This document shows, one piece after another, positions 40,129 to 50,427 of a DNA stretch of 64,000 nucleotides. This stretch comes from an uncultured Gammaproteobacteria bacterium. GTDB lineage: Bacteria; Pseudomonadota; Gammaproteobacteria; UBA9214. The DNA lies in the NCBI GenBank assembly GCA_963748215.1, contig CAVVHS010000007.1, positions 1-64,000 of the forward strand, in the 5' to 3' direction. How positions within the stretch are numbered: the stretch's first letter is position 1; each line of letters opens with the position of its first letter. The position numbers and the translations under genes are program-made. The notes below the pieces were generated by a model, which was not told where the DNA came from, did no database searches, and saw only the letters and a list, made by a program, of their open reading frames with translations.

Positions 40129-40652
40129 TGTGTCGTCTCCTGTTCCTGTAACAGTTGCCTGATGAGGGACAGCGTTTCCTCGCTGTCCCATTGGGGTGTG
40201 CTCTGTACCCAATAGCGAATGCGTCCGTTGCCATCGAGCAGAAAGCTGGTCGGCAGCACCGTCATGTCCCATGCCTCGAAAAGTTGTTTGCGTGTGTCCA
40301 GCAGTACGGGCAGATCGAAATCGACCAGCTTGACGAATTTCCACACTCGGAATTCTTGTTCGCCGACGTTGACCGCCAGGATTTCGAAGGGCTGGCTGGG
40401 AAAAGTCTCCTTGAGGCGTTCCAGCTCCGGCAATTCCTGTATGCAGGGCGGGCACCAGCTGGCCCAGAAATTCACCAGTACCACCTTGCCGTGGTAATCC
40501 TCCAGGGAATGCATCTGGTCTTGCAGGTCGGGCAGGCTAAACGCGGTGTCAGCATGAGTGTTCTCATGCGGGACGAGCGCGGGCCCGGCCAGCGCCTGTG
40601 TCAGTGCCATCCAGAACAGGGTTATCGCCAGTGGTATCGATGCAAGTTTCAT
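40125..40652 (-). CDS. TlpA/ResA family thiol-disulfide oxidoreductase
   Basis: GKVVLVNFWASWCPPCIQELP, LPTSFLLD. Confidence 0.92.
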   Translation of the reverse strand: MKLASIPLAITLFWMALTQALAGPALVPHENTHADTAFSLPDLQDQMHSLEDYHGKVVLVNFWASWCPPCIQELPELERLKETFPSQPFEILAVNVGEQEFRVWKFVKLVDFDLPVLLDTRKQLFEAWDMTVLPTSFLLDGNGRIRYWVQSTPQWDSEETLSLIRQLLQEQETTQ

Positions 40653-40810
40653 ACGCGTGTTTTTATTAAATATGCAGGGAAATTATACACCCATGCGCGA
40701 TGGATAAAGGCCACGAAAACACACGGAATAACGAATGCAGTGAGGCATGAGACGTGAGTCGTGAAAGATAATGGCCACGGAATCCACGGAAGGACACGGA
40801 AAAATAAAAT

Positions 40811-41190
40811 GGATCTTCCCCTGATTGAGTGGGTTAATTACTCAATTTAGACGTGACGCATTGCTTCTGATGGCAAGGTTATTGGCCGAATGAATTCGGC
40901 CAGCGTTGTTTCTGTAGGGTCGAATTCATTCGACCAGCGGTGTTTCATTCGAGCAGGTATGCTGCGGTGATATCCGTAAACAAAAGAATGACGACCGCGG
41001 GTAACCGAGGTGATGCATATAGACTTGATGGTGCAGGGAATGACGCTCACCTGCGCAATGCGTCACAGGACAGGGCGACCTCCTTGTCTACAATGACAGC
41101 AGGCTGTTGGTCGAATACCCGATAAAGCGCCGGGCACAAGTGAATTCGGCCGTACAACGGTAATCTAGCCACTCGATTTGGAGAAGAGCC
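40811..41190. mobile_element. MITE family A, long copy
   Basis: ggatcttcccctgattgagtgg ... ccactcgatttggagaagagcc; interior colinear with 48666-49055; contains gtagggtcgaattcattcgacc REP. Confidence 0.85.
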
Positions 41191-41297
41191 AGATAAAGAC
41201 ACCGGCCAGGGCGGCAGATGCGTGTTCAGCGGTGCATGATCAAGACCCGGCAAAACCCTTCCGCAAGGCCGGGAATGCCACACCTGGCAGACATTCG

Positions 41298-41314
41298 TGT
41301 CAGTCATGCTGACA
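41298..41314. promoter_or_regulatory. Putative upstream activator site
   Basis: Palindrome TGTCAG-N5-CTGACA ~85-100 bp upstream of the sigma-54 box. Confidence 0.5.
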
Positions 41315-41398
41315 GTAATGGCTGACCCGCAGACAGGCGATGCTGCCCGTATTCAGACTGCATTCGGCACATCAACACCTTAACAGAACACGGGGCAA

Positions 41399-41414
41399 TG
41401 GCATGAAAGTTGCT
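41399..41414 (+). promoter_or_regulatory. Sigma-54 (-24/-12) promoter
   Basis: TGGCAT-GAAAG-TTGCT matches TGGCAC-N5-TTGCW with exact spacing, upstream of the giant cytochrome gene. Confidence 0.8.
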
Positions 41415-41691
41415 GTCCTTTTAAGCAGAGACAGCGAAACGAACAAGCACAGTTCCTCGCGGGTTTGTTTCATATAAGCACAGACAGGTGAAGGCAGAGG
41501 CGCAGCCTTTGGGGGATTTGAGTTGATAACCCGGCCAGTTACCACAAGGCAGGGGACAACTTGAAAACAGAGACTGCCGCATTATCGTACTGCACCGAAA
41601 CAATATTTATTACCGTTGCAACAGCAGCACGGCTTGCCGGGCGCTGTTTGGCTTAGTCATCAGAAAAATATTTGTCAGGAGGGGCAGGATA

Positions 41692-44600
41692 ATGACAACA
41701 ATACTCAAGGACTCGCGGCAATCGCGGTGGTCTGTATTTTTCATTACGGCCATGCTGGTCGTGATCGCGGCACTTGCGGCAGCACCAACCGCGCACGCCT
41801 CCAGCGGCTATCTGAATACCTGGAGCGGGCTATACCCCGGCTCCGCCTCGGACAACAATGCCAGCTGTCAACTCTGTCACGGTAGCAGTACCCAGAATAT
41901 AAATCCTTATGGCTTTGCCCTGGCCCAGTGCAACGGTGCCACCGGCAACATCACCCAGCGCATACAGGCGGTAGAAGGTCAGGATTCTGACGGACAGGGT
42001 GACTCGAACCAGACCGAGATCAACGCCAACGCGCAACCTGGATGGACTACGGGCGCGATGCAGGTTTGGACCCGCAACGGTTGCGCCCCGGCTGGCACCA
42101 ACACCTACCCCGGTAGTGGCGATGTGGATCCGGCAGCTGCCAACCTGCCACCGATCGCCGATGCCAACGGCCCATACACAGGCACTACAGGCCAGCCGGT
42201 GACTTTCGACGGTACCGGCTCATCCGATTCGGACGGTACGATCGCCAGCTATGCCTGGACCTTCGGTGACGGCGGTAACGGTACCGGCGTGAGTCCGACA
42301 CACACCTATACCAGTGCGGGCACCTTCACCGTGACCCTGACGGTAACCGATAACGCGGGTGCGACCGACTCGGCTACCTCAACGGCGACGATTGCTGCTG
42401 CTCCGCAGGCTCCGGTTGCTGATGCCAATGGCCCCTACAACGGCACTGCCGGTCAGCCGGTGACCTTCGACGGATCCGGTTCCAGCGATGCTGACGGCAC
42501 CATTGTGTCCTTTGCCTGGACCTTCGGTGACGGTACTACCGGTACTGGCGTATCCCCGACCAATACCTATGCCGCCGCCGGCACCTTCAACGTGACCCTG
42601 ACGGTGACGGATAACGACGGACTGACTGACACGGCGACCTCAACAGCGACTATTGTTGCTGCCCCGGTTGATCCGATCGCAGATCCCAACGGTCCGTACA
42701 ACGGCACCGAGGGTGTTGCCCTGACGCTGAATGGCAGCGCCTCGTTTGATCCTGACGGCGGTAACATTACCGCTTACGACTGGAACTTCGGTGACGGTAA
42801 TACCGGCACGGGTGCTACACCAACGCATACCTACGCTGCTCCTGGTCTTTACACAGTAAGTCTGGTTGTTGTGGATGATGAAGGTGCGCAGAGTGCGCCG
42901 GCGACGACGACTGCCGACATTGCCCAGGCACAGGTTGATGTGTGTGACTTCAGTGTAATTCCGACCTCGCTGGCTTTTGGTGGCGTGAATGTCGGCAGCA
43001 GCTCGACGTTGTCAACAACGGTGACCAACAACGGTACCGCGGCCTGCGCCATCACCGCCAGCGTGACATCCGGGACAGGTGAGTTCACCCTGGCCTCAGG
43101 ATCGACGGTCACGGTCGCAGCCAATGGGGGAACGGCCAGTGTCTCCGTCGACTACACGCCGGTGAACACTGGTGCTGACAGCGGAACCCTCAACCTGTCG
43201 AGCAATGATCTCAACAATGTGCAGGCTGTTGGTGTTTCGCTGTCGGGTACCGGTGTCGACAATGTTCCTCCGCCCGTCGATTGTGAGGGTCTCAATATCA
43301 CCCGGGCAGATTACAGTAATCGTCGGAACCGGCTCAGCGTCGACGGTAACGGCGGCGAGAGAAATGGCGGTGATTTTGTGCTGACCAATGCCTACGATTC
43401 AACACAGATACTGGCGACGGGATCACGGGACAGGGACAGGAGCTTCAGATTCCGCGTCAGCAACCCCAATCCAGTGCCGTGTGTTGTACGGGTCGAACAG
43501 CCTGAGACAGGCTTGTGCGCGATTGCCGATGTGGCCAACGCGCCTGAAGACTGTGCCCCTAAGGCCCCCCCACCACCCCCCGGCGGAGGTGATGGAATCA
43601 CTGCCCGTGGTGACACCTATGCCACCCCGGTTGGTAACACCCTCACGGTGTCGGCCTCACGCGTCTCCGGCGTGCTCTACAATGACTTCGGTGGCGTGCC
43701 GCCGCTGACAGCACAGCTGGTCAGCGGACCTACCGCCGGTAACCTGGATGCTTTCGGTGCAGACGGTTCATTTACCTATACCCCGGGCAGTGCCATGGTC
43801 GATAATCAGATCGACCAGTTCACCTACGTCGCGGTGGATGCAAACGGTGATGAATCGGCTCCGGCCACGGTCGTACTGCAGACCCTGTCCAAGCAGACCG
43901 ACTTCAAGATCCTGATGAACTACGAGCTGGGCATGCACTGCACCGGTTTCGAGTTTGCCTACTGCTGCGTACTGCCGCCGTACAACTCGATCATCGCGCA
44001 GGTTGTGAAACCGGCGCAGAACGACCCGGCTAATTCTGGCAACAACTTCGTCGATGGTTTCCCTCGCATGCTCGAGGGCGATCCAAACGTCGGTCTGGAC
44101 GGTTTGAACCGTGAGACCGTGGTGCGCGACTGGGATTACACCACCAGCTCGTTCAAGAAGTACCAGCTGCGCTACTATCACGACGCTCAGCCACGCCAGG
44201 AAGGCAATACCGGCAAGCCCAACACCAGCACGCTGATCAGTGCGGCGGAAGGTAACTCGCTGCAGTACTTCAATACGGTGTTCGATTCCGCAGCACCTGA
44301 CGGTGGTAATGCGCTGGTGTACGGTGAGTACAACGGCTTGCAGAACGTAATACAGGGTGACGGCAGTTTTGGCGGCCCCACCGACAACTATGCCAACGGT
44401 TGGCTGAACCACTTTTACATCTACGGCAACCTCGAAGGCCATGGTAATACAGGCCTTGAAGCCGATAAGGTCCGCCTGGGTGTCGCCGGACAGGTGGAAT
44501 ATCCACCGAATTCAGGCGCTGCGCTGCAGCCGCTGGGGCCAACCGGTAATGGTGCCTTTGAAAACGTGCTGACCTTCTCGGCCGACACCGGCACCGTGGT

Positions 44601-46977
44601 CTTTACCCAGGCCAAGGTGCTCGAAGACCTGCCGATCATGCTGACTTCGCCGCGCATCTGGGAGGCCCTGGGCCTGCCGCTGACGCCGTTCGAGGACACC
44701 ATCGGCTTCTTCGCTGATCCGGGTGCAGTGGACGAAGACGCGGTCCGGCCCTATGTGGCCATGAAGGCTTCCTTGCACGAGTATCCGTCGGGCAATGCGG
44801 TAACGGGCAGCAACGGCCAGCCGGTGATCGGTTTCGGTACCGCACCGATCGATATACCGAACTGCGAGCGTTGCCACTCGGCACCCTCTGTCGATCCGGT
44901 CACGGGCAATCCGAATGTCAACAGCCCGAACTGGAACAGGCCAGATGCTTTCTACCCGCATACCAACGGCACGGTTCCGTTCGGCACAGGACTGGAGGAG
45001 ATCACCAACCTGGAGATCAGCTTCTGGCAGGCCTACTACGATATCATCCCGGGCGTGGATTCGACCTGGTACTCAAGGCTGAAGGGCGCGGCGATCAATA
45101 TGCTGACCCTGCATGACCTGGACGTAGGCACCAGCTTCACCGCGAATTACGCCGGTGTGGATTGCGTCGATGTGAACAACTGTTCGCACACCAACGGACT
45201 GGCGGACCTGACCAATACCAGCGACATCCCGCAGAACACCCGCCTGGGTGGAGAATCGGTCATCTGCCAGCGCTGCCATGCTGATAACGTGATTGCCAAC
45301 GTCAAATCGGCCACCTTCGATGTGGACGGGCAGTTCCCCATCAAACCGATTTCGGAAGCCATTCACAATCAGCACCGCAATCAAAGTGAAGACGGCGTAA
45401 TCGTGTTCAACGACAGCCTCGGTCGCGACGGCGGCTGCCAGGGCTGTCACCCGGCCCACCGTTCGGACGGCGTGATGGATGACTATCCCATCACTCTGGG
45501 CGGCAACAACGCCAATGCCAGTGACGACAACCGCCTCAACCTGGGTGGCTGCTTCGTCGGACGTGATGTTCACTCCAACCCGATGAAGGACATCGATGGC
45601 GTCGAAACGCCGAGCCATCTGAATGCTGTGGGTACCTGGCTGGTTGATAATGTTGCCTTCGATCAGGGCGACGCACGCGGTATCTGGTGCACCAACTGTC
45701 ATACCCAGCTGGGTCAGGAAATGTGGCGCACCGAGGACTGCAACGACCTGATTCGCGGTGACTGCCTGGTCAATCCGCGTGCCGGGGCGACACTGGCAGA
45801 TGTTGCGGCCGCAGTCGGACTCACCGAGCAGCAAGCGATCGATTACCTCGACCCCAAGGTCGATGGCTTTGATCGCACCTCGGACCAGACCCACGCAATC
45901 TGGGCTCCAGCCTCAGTCACGTCGGATGCCAATGTAGCGACCATCGAGGTCGATGGCGGCGGTAATCCAGTGGTCACCTTTGACGCCGATGGCGACCCCA
46001 GTGTCAACATACTGAGCTTCTGCACCACAGATGACTGCGTGGCCCGGATCAATGCCAATCCAAGTGACCAGAGTCAGTGGCGCTACCCGGCCAACCCGTT
46101 CATCGATCCGGTGAACAACTCGGGCTTTCCGGTACCGTTCAGTGCGGCCACCGACGGCCGGGATCACTGGCTGGCCGCCGGCGAACCCCACTGTGCGGAC
46201 TGCCACCAGGCGCCATATGTTGAGCAAAGCGGTAATATCACAGCCTACCCGCCGTTCAACTACCCGGCCAAGGCCAGCCTGATGCGCTACACCCGTGGCC
46301 ACCAGGACATCAGCTGCCAGGGCTGTCACGAGTCGATACACGGTCTCTACCCGGTGACCCCGACGATTGACACCACCAGCTATGCACAGGCAGCGGCACT
46401 CAATAACGACGGTTCTCATGGTCCGCTGAAGTGCGCAAGCTGCCACACCTACGTGGATGGCGATGGCATTCCGAACTGGGTGGACAATCTGCGCTACAAC
46501 GATCCGACCACGCCGGGCAATGACAACCTGCCGGTTGCCGGTAATTTCGACCGGGCGGTCAGCTGGATGCACACCTACACGGACGAGGCCGATCCGACAC
46601 AGGACGTGTGCCGGAACTGCCATGGCGACGAGAGTGATGAGATGTCGGAGAACGATCAGGAGTACCTGGAGCACGCTATGGTTAACCGCGTATCGCGTGT
46701 GGCCATGGACAACGCCGAGCGCGCCGTCAACAACGGACAGGTGTTTGGCGAGACGGCCGGTTCCCAGCGTGTCCAGCTGTGCACCACCTGTCACGAATCC
46801 GGAGATCGTGACGGCGACCGGCGTCGACATAGAGGTGGTGATCGCCATGGCGGTGGCGGCAACCAGCTGCCGAATGTCAGCTGCAATACGACCTGGAGGA
46901 ATCACCTGATCCAGGGGCGTGTCTCCGAGTTGGTATGGGAAGATATATCCGCTCCGTTGGGTGGCTGCGGCTGGTAA
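41692..46977 (+). CDS. Giant (1761 aa) decaheme cytochrome c with PKD and Ig-like domains
   Basis: Sec signal (AHA); 10 CxxCH; three PKD repeats (PIADANGPY...WTFGDG...VTLTVTD); further Ig/cadherin-like domains; YELGMHC...LPPYN domain. Confidence 0.92.
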   Translation: MTTILKDSRQSRWSVFFITAMLVVIAALAAAPTAHASSGYLNTWSGLYPGSASDNNASCQLCHGSSTQNINPYGFALAQCNGATGNITQRIQAVEGQDSDGQGDSNQTEINANAQPGWTTGAMQVWTRNGCAPAGTNTYPGSGDVDPAAANLPPIADANGPYTGTTGQPVTFDGTGSSDSDGTIASYAWTFGDGGNGTGVSPTHTYTSAGTFTVTLTVTDNAGATDSATSTATIAAAPQAPVADANGPYNGTAGQPVTFDGSGSSDADGTIVSFAWTFGDGTTGTGVSPTNTYAAAGTFNVTLTVTDNDGLTDTATSTATIVAAPVDPIADPNGPYNGTEGVALTLNGSASFDPDGGNITAYDWNFGDGNTGTGATPTHTYAAPGLYTVSLVVVDDEGAQSAPATTTADIAQAQVDVCDFSVIPTSLAFGGVNVGSSSTLSTTVTNNGTAACAITASVTSGTGEFTLASGSTVTVAANGGTASVSVDYTPVNTGADSGTLNLSSNDLNNVQAVGVSLSGTGVDNVPPPVDCEGLNITRADYSNRRNRLSVDGNGGERNGGDFVLTNAYDSTQILATGSRDRDRSFRFRVSNPNPVPCVVRVEQPETGLCAIADVANAPEDCAPKAPPPPPGGGDGITARGDTYATPVGNTLTVSASRVSGVLYNDFGGVPPLTAQLVSGPTAGNLDAFGADGSFTYTPGSAMVDNQIDQFTYVAVDANGDESAPATVVLQTLSKQTDFKILMNYELGMHCTGFEFAYCCVLPPYNSIIAQVVKPAQNDPANSGNNFVDGFPRMLEGDPNVGLDGLNRETVVRDWDYTTSSFKKYQLRYYHDAQPRQEGNTGKPNTSTLISAAEGNSLQYFNTVFDSAAPDGGNALVYGEYNGLQNVIQGDGSFGGPTDNYANGWLNHFYIYGNLEGHGNTGLEADKVRLGVAGQVEYPPNSGAALQPLGPTGNGAFENVLTFSADTGTVVFTQAKVLEDLPIMLTSPRIWEALGLPLTPFEDTIGFFADPGAVDEDAVRPYVAMKASLHEYPSGNAVTGSNGQPVIGFGTAPIDIPNCERCHSAPSVDPVTGNPNVNSPNWNRPDAFYPHTNGTVPFGTGLEEITNLEISFWQAYYDIIPGVDSTWYSRLKGAAINMLTLHDLDVGTSFTANYAGVDCVDVNNCSHTNGLADLTNTSDIPQNTRLGGESVICQRCHADNVIANVKSATFDVDGQFPIKPISEAIHNQHRNQSEDGVIVFNDSLGRDGGCQGCHPAHRSDGVMDDYPITLGGNNANASDDNRLNLGGCFVGRDVHSNPMKDIDGVETPSHLNAVGTWLVDNVAFDQGDARGIWCTNCHTQLGQEMWRTEDCNDLIRGDCLVNPRAGATLADVAAAVGLTEQQAIDYLDPKVDGFDRTSDQTHAIWAPASVTSDANVATIEVDGGGNPVVTFDADGDPSVNILSFCTTDDCVARINANPSDQSQWRYPANPFIDPVNNSGFPVPFSAATDGRDHWLAAGEPHCADCHQAPYVEQSGNITAYPPFNYPAKASLMRYTRGHQDISCQGCHESIHGLYPVTPTIDTTSYAQAAALNNDGSHGPLKCASCHTYVDGDGIPNWVDNLRYNDPTTPGNDNLPVAGNFDRAVSWMHTYTDEADPTQDVCRNCHGDESDEMSENDQEYLEHAMVNRVSRVAMDNAERAVNNGQVFGETAGSQRVQLCTTCHESGDRDGDRRRHRGGDRHGGGGNQLPNVSCNTTWRNHLIQGRVSELVWEDISAPLGGCGW

Positions 46978-46986
46978 CCACGTATG

Positions 46987-47056
46987 ACCGCCCGCTCTGG
47001 ATGGAGCGGGCGGTTTCCATCGATGGAGGGGATATCTCTGTATCCCCTCCATTTTT
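46987..47056 (+). terminator. Two consecutive hairpins, the second with a T-tail
   Basis: accgcccgctc...gagcgggcggt and atggaggggata...tatcccctccattttt. Confidence 0.75.
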
Positions 47057-47161
47057 AACGCTACATGAATCGCGGCGCCGAGCAGCTCATCGTCCTGTTG
47101 TTCCAGGCGGCGGGATAGCGTAGTTTTATCGGAAGACCTGTAAGTTCAGAGGATAATAAGC

Positions 47162-48643
47162 ATGAGATTCCTGTTTGCCTTCCTGATGATTTTCAATCTG
47201 CTGTTTGCGAATGTCTCAATGGCCGTGGCACGTGCCGGGGAATCGGCAAAGGCAGACACGGACAGTGACATCATTGCCCGGGTCGGTGATCAGGACATCA
47301 CCTTTAACCAGATCAATACCATGCTCAACAGTTCCGCTGTGATCGGAGTATCGGTGCCGGCGCTGGGCACGCCACAGCGCGACACCGCCAGGATTGTAGT
47401 GCTGGACAAGGTGGTCAGCGCGAACCTGCTCTACCTCGATGCCATTCGCCAGGGCCTGGACAAGGATCCGGCCTATCAACGGGATATGCAGAACTTTACC
47501 GAGGGCATGCTGGGTGGGCAGTATTACCGTCAAATCATGGCGGGTGATATCCTCGTGTCGGAGACGGAGATCCAGGAATTTTTCTCCAAGACCATGAAGT
47601 CGGGCACCGAAATGAGCGACGATTTGCATACCCAGATCGAAGCAGCCCTGCGCAAGCGCAAGCTGCACGAACGCGTCGCAGCGAAGCGCGCAGAACTGCG
47701 CCAGGGTATCGAGGTAGACATCTACCCGGACAACCTGGCTGCGGCCGGGGAGGAGGCGCCGGCGGATGATGTGCCGGTGGCGAAGTACGGCGATCAGGTT
47801 ATCAGCTGGGGTGATGTCAATGACACCCTGGTAGCAGCGGGCAGGGGAGCAACCGACCTGGATCCCACCGCGATGGAAGTCGATGCGCAGCTCGCGGCGC
47901 TGGAGATGGTGATCGACAAGCGCATCATTGCAGCCAAGGCTCGTGAAGCCGGGCTGGAGCAGGACGCCATCTACCAGTCACGCCTGAATGAATACCAGAA
48001 GACCCGGCTGGTGAATATGCACCGGGCAAACCTGGCTCGGGATATGGAACCATCCGATGAGCAGCTGAAGTCTTACTACGACGCGAATCGCAACACGATC
48101 ATGCAGGTGGAGATGCGCAAGACCCAGGAAGTTCTGCTCAAGACGCGCGAGGAAGCCGAAGCCCTGAAGGCCAGGATCGAGTCAGGGGAGCTGACCATGT
48201 ACCAGGCCGCCGCTGACTATTCCATTGCCCCTGGGGCCAAACAGCAACTGGGTGAGGTGGGCTGGGTGGCCGCAGGGCGTGCCCAGACGGCGCTGGACGA
48301 GGTGATCTTCAAACTGGGCCCCGGCGAGCTCGGTGGCCCGGTCGAGTCCACACAGGGCTGGCACCTGGTCAAGGTGCTTGATATCAGCGATGCGAAATTC
48401 GACATCTTCGAGGATCAGGAAACGCAGAAGCTCACCCGGCGCCGTTACATCCACGACCAGCTGGATGCCTATGTCATGGACCTGCGCAAGAACGACTTCA
48501 CGGTGGAAGTTTATGAAGACAATCTGGTCCGGCTGGCGCAGAAAGAGGCGGACATGATCGCCAGACTGACCGAGCAGGCGTCCAAGCCCGGTTCCAGGAC
48601 CGAGCAGCGCGTGAAGGAACTCAAGGATCTGATTGGCGAGTAA
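47162..48643 (+). CDS. Periplasmic parvulin/PpiC-type peptidyl-prolyl isomerase chaperone
   Basis: Signal peptide; two SurA-N-like segments; AADYSIAPGAKQQLGEVGW...GPVESTQGWHLVKV. Confidence 0.85.
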   Translation: MRFLFAFLMIFNLLFANVSMAVARAGESAKADTDSDIIARVGDQDITFNQINTMLNSSAVIGVSVPALGTPQRDTARIVVLDKVVSANLLYLDAIRQGLDKDPAYQRDMQNFTEGMLGGQYYRQIMAGDILVSETEIQEFFSKTMKSGTEMSDDLHTQIEAALRKRKLHERVAAKRAELRQGIEVDIYPDNLAAAGEEAPADDVPVAKYGDQVISWGDVNDTLVAAGRGATDLDPTAMEVDAQLAALEMVIDKRIIAAKAREAGLEQDAIYQSRLNEYQKTRLVNMHRANLARDMEPSDEQLKSYYDANRNTIMQVEMRKTQEVLLKTREEAEALKARIESGELTMYQAAADYSIAPGAKQQLGEVGWVAAGRAQTALDEVIFKLGPGELGGPVESTQGWHLVKVLDISDAKFDIFEDQETQKLTRRRYIHDQLDAYVMDLRKNDFTVEVYEDNLVRLAQKEADMIARLTEQASKPGSRTEQRVKELKDLIGE

Positions 48644-48665
48644 CGCGGAGCGCGAAACTTTTTCA

Positions 48666-49055
48666 GGATCTTCCCCGGATTGAGTGGGTAACACATCAAT
48701 TCAGACGAGACGCATTCCTTCTGATGGCAGGGTTGTTGGCCGAATGAATTCGGCCCTACTGTAGGGTCGAATTCATACGACCAGCGTTGTTTCTCAACCA
48801 GACCGTAGGGTCGAATTCATTCGACCAATGGTGTTTCATCCGAGCAGGCGTGCTGCGGTGATATCCGTAAACAAAAGAATGATGACCGCGGGTAACCGTG
48901 GTGATGCAATCGACTTGATGGTGCAGGGAGTGACGCTCACCTGCGCAATGCGTCACAGGACAGGGTGACCTCCTTGTTTCCTATGGCAACAGGCTGTTGG
49001 CCGAATGAATTCGGCCCTGCAACGGTAATCGACCCACTCGATTTGGGGAAGAGCC
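48666..49055. mobile_element. MITE family A, long copy with near-perfect 8-bp TSD
   Basis: ggatcttccccggattgagtgg ... ccactcgatttggggaagagcc; flanks ctttttca / ctttttaa. Confidence 0.85.
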
Positions 49056-49316
49056 CTTTTTAATCACTATCCATCCTGAAAGGTGGCCCGCAGCCTGTGT
49101 CGGGCAATTATCGCCCAGGATGTGGGCAGGGCGGTGTACGTACTGCATAACCTGCGCTGGCGCGATGACTCTTGTCCTGCGCAGGTGTGGTAGCACATTC
49201 CATCAAACATCCACTTTCATAGCCCCCCGTTGCTCCCGGGTTTGTACCTTGCCAATGGCTAGCCCATGCGGCCGATTCGGATATACACTCGATCGGGAGA
49301 CCGGAGTCCCCAGCTG

Positions 49317-49856
49317 ATGAAAATTCAGGCAACTGTACCTGTGTCGTTGTTCCTGCTCTGCCTGTGCTTGCCTGTGCAGGCCGGTGAACTGGAGCAGTAT
49401 CCCGACTTCGGGTCGACGCCCCCGCTGCTGCTGAGGGACCTCGGTGACAGGGAACATGCGCTGACCGATTACCGGGGCCAGGTGGTGCTGGTCAACTTCT
49501 GGGCCAGCTGGTGTTCGCCCTGCCTGGTCGAGATGCCGTCCATGCAGCGACTCCAGCGGTCCCTGGCCGGCAGGCCGTTCGCCATCCTGGCTGTCAATGT
49601 CAGGGAATCCCGGGAGAAGGCCTGGCGCGTCAGGAAGCGGCTGGGCGTGGACTTCACCACGCTGCTCGACAGCAACGGTGTCGTCACGGGTGACTGGGAT
49701 GTGCAGGTTTACCCCACCAGTTTCCTGGTCGATCCGGAGGGCCGGATTCGCTACATCGCCTATGGCATGGTGCGCTGGGATGACGACCCGGCGCAGCAGG
49801 TGATCGAGCAGCTCATGCCAGACCGGGAAGCTGTGCAGGCCGCGAGTGTCCGGTAG
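49317..49856 (+). CDS. TlpA/ResA family thiol-disulfide oxidoreductase
   Basis: GQVVLVNFWASWCSPCLVEMP, YPTSFLVD. Confidence 0.92.
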   Translation: MKIQATVPVSLFLLCLCLPVQAGELEQYPDFGSTPPLLLRDLGDREHALTDYRGQVVLVNFWASWCSPCLVEMPSMQRLQRSLAGRPFAILAVNVRESREKAWRVRKRLGVDFTTLLDSNGVVTGDWDVQVYPTSFLVDPEGRIRYIAYGMVRWDDDPAQQVIEQLMPDREAVQAASVR

Positions 49857-49984
49857 TGTGCTGACCCGTGTGTACTTATTTTCATGCCTGGCAGGATACG
49901 CCGGCGTACCGTGCAGCGTCCCTGCTGTCCGGGATCAGTGTGCTGCGGGGTGTCCACCTGGCGCAGATGTGTAACCTGTCGCAG

Positions 49985-50394
49985 GCCGGGGTCCTTTCTC
50001 GATCGCCAGGCCGCCTGTATCCAGGCGGAGAAGGTCCCCTCGATGTGATAGAGGCCCCCGATGCCGGCATCCAGCAGGATCGGTTCGGCCTGGCGGGTGC
50101 GCGAGCCCTTAATGCAGTAGATCGGCACGCCATGGTCGTGGTCGGGGTCATCGAGGTGCTGCTCCAGCTCGTCGAGCGGAATGTTGATGGCGCCGGGTAT
50201 ATTTTCGATCCTGAATTCGTACGCTTTACGCAGGTCGACCACGAGGGGCGCAGTTCCGGTCTCCGGCAGTGTCTGGACCCGCTGAGGGGTGGCCCGGCGA
50301 CATGAAATCCGCGGCCGGCCGGGCCAGGGGAAGCAGGACCAGCAGTCCTGCCGCGGCAAGTGATCGAAAACCGGAAAGCGACATTTTCCCTCAT
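49985..50394 (-). pseudogene. Frameshifted exported rhodanese-like sulfurtransferase
   Basis: VVDLRKAYEF..NIPGAINIP..IYCIKGSR..EGTFSAW; signal peptide and C-terminal GLAIEKG fall in other frames. Confidence 0.75.
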
Positions 50395-50427
50395 CCAGGA
50401 GGGGCAGCGGTCTGTACCCAGGTCTGT

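Noticed and set aside
41415-41691. Riboswitch (e.g. c-di-GMP-I) in the long leader of the giant cytochrome
   Set aside because: No recognisable conserved aptamer motifs by eye; needs an Rfam scan.
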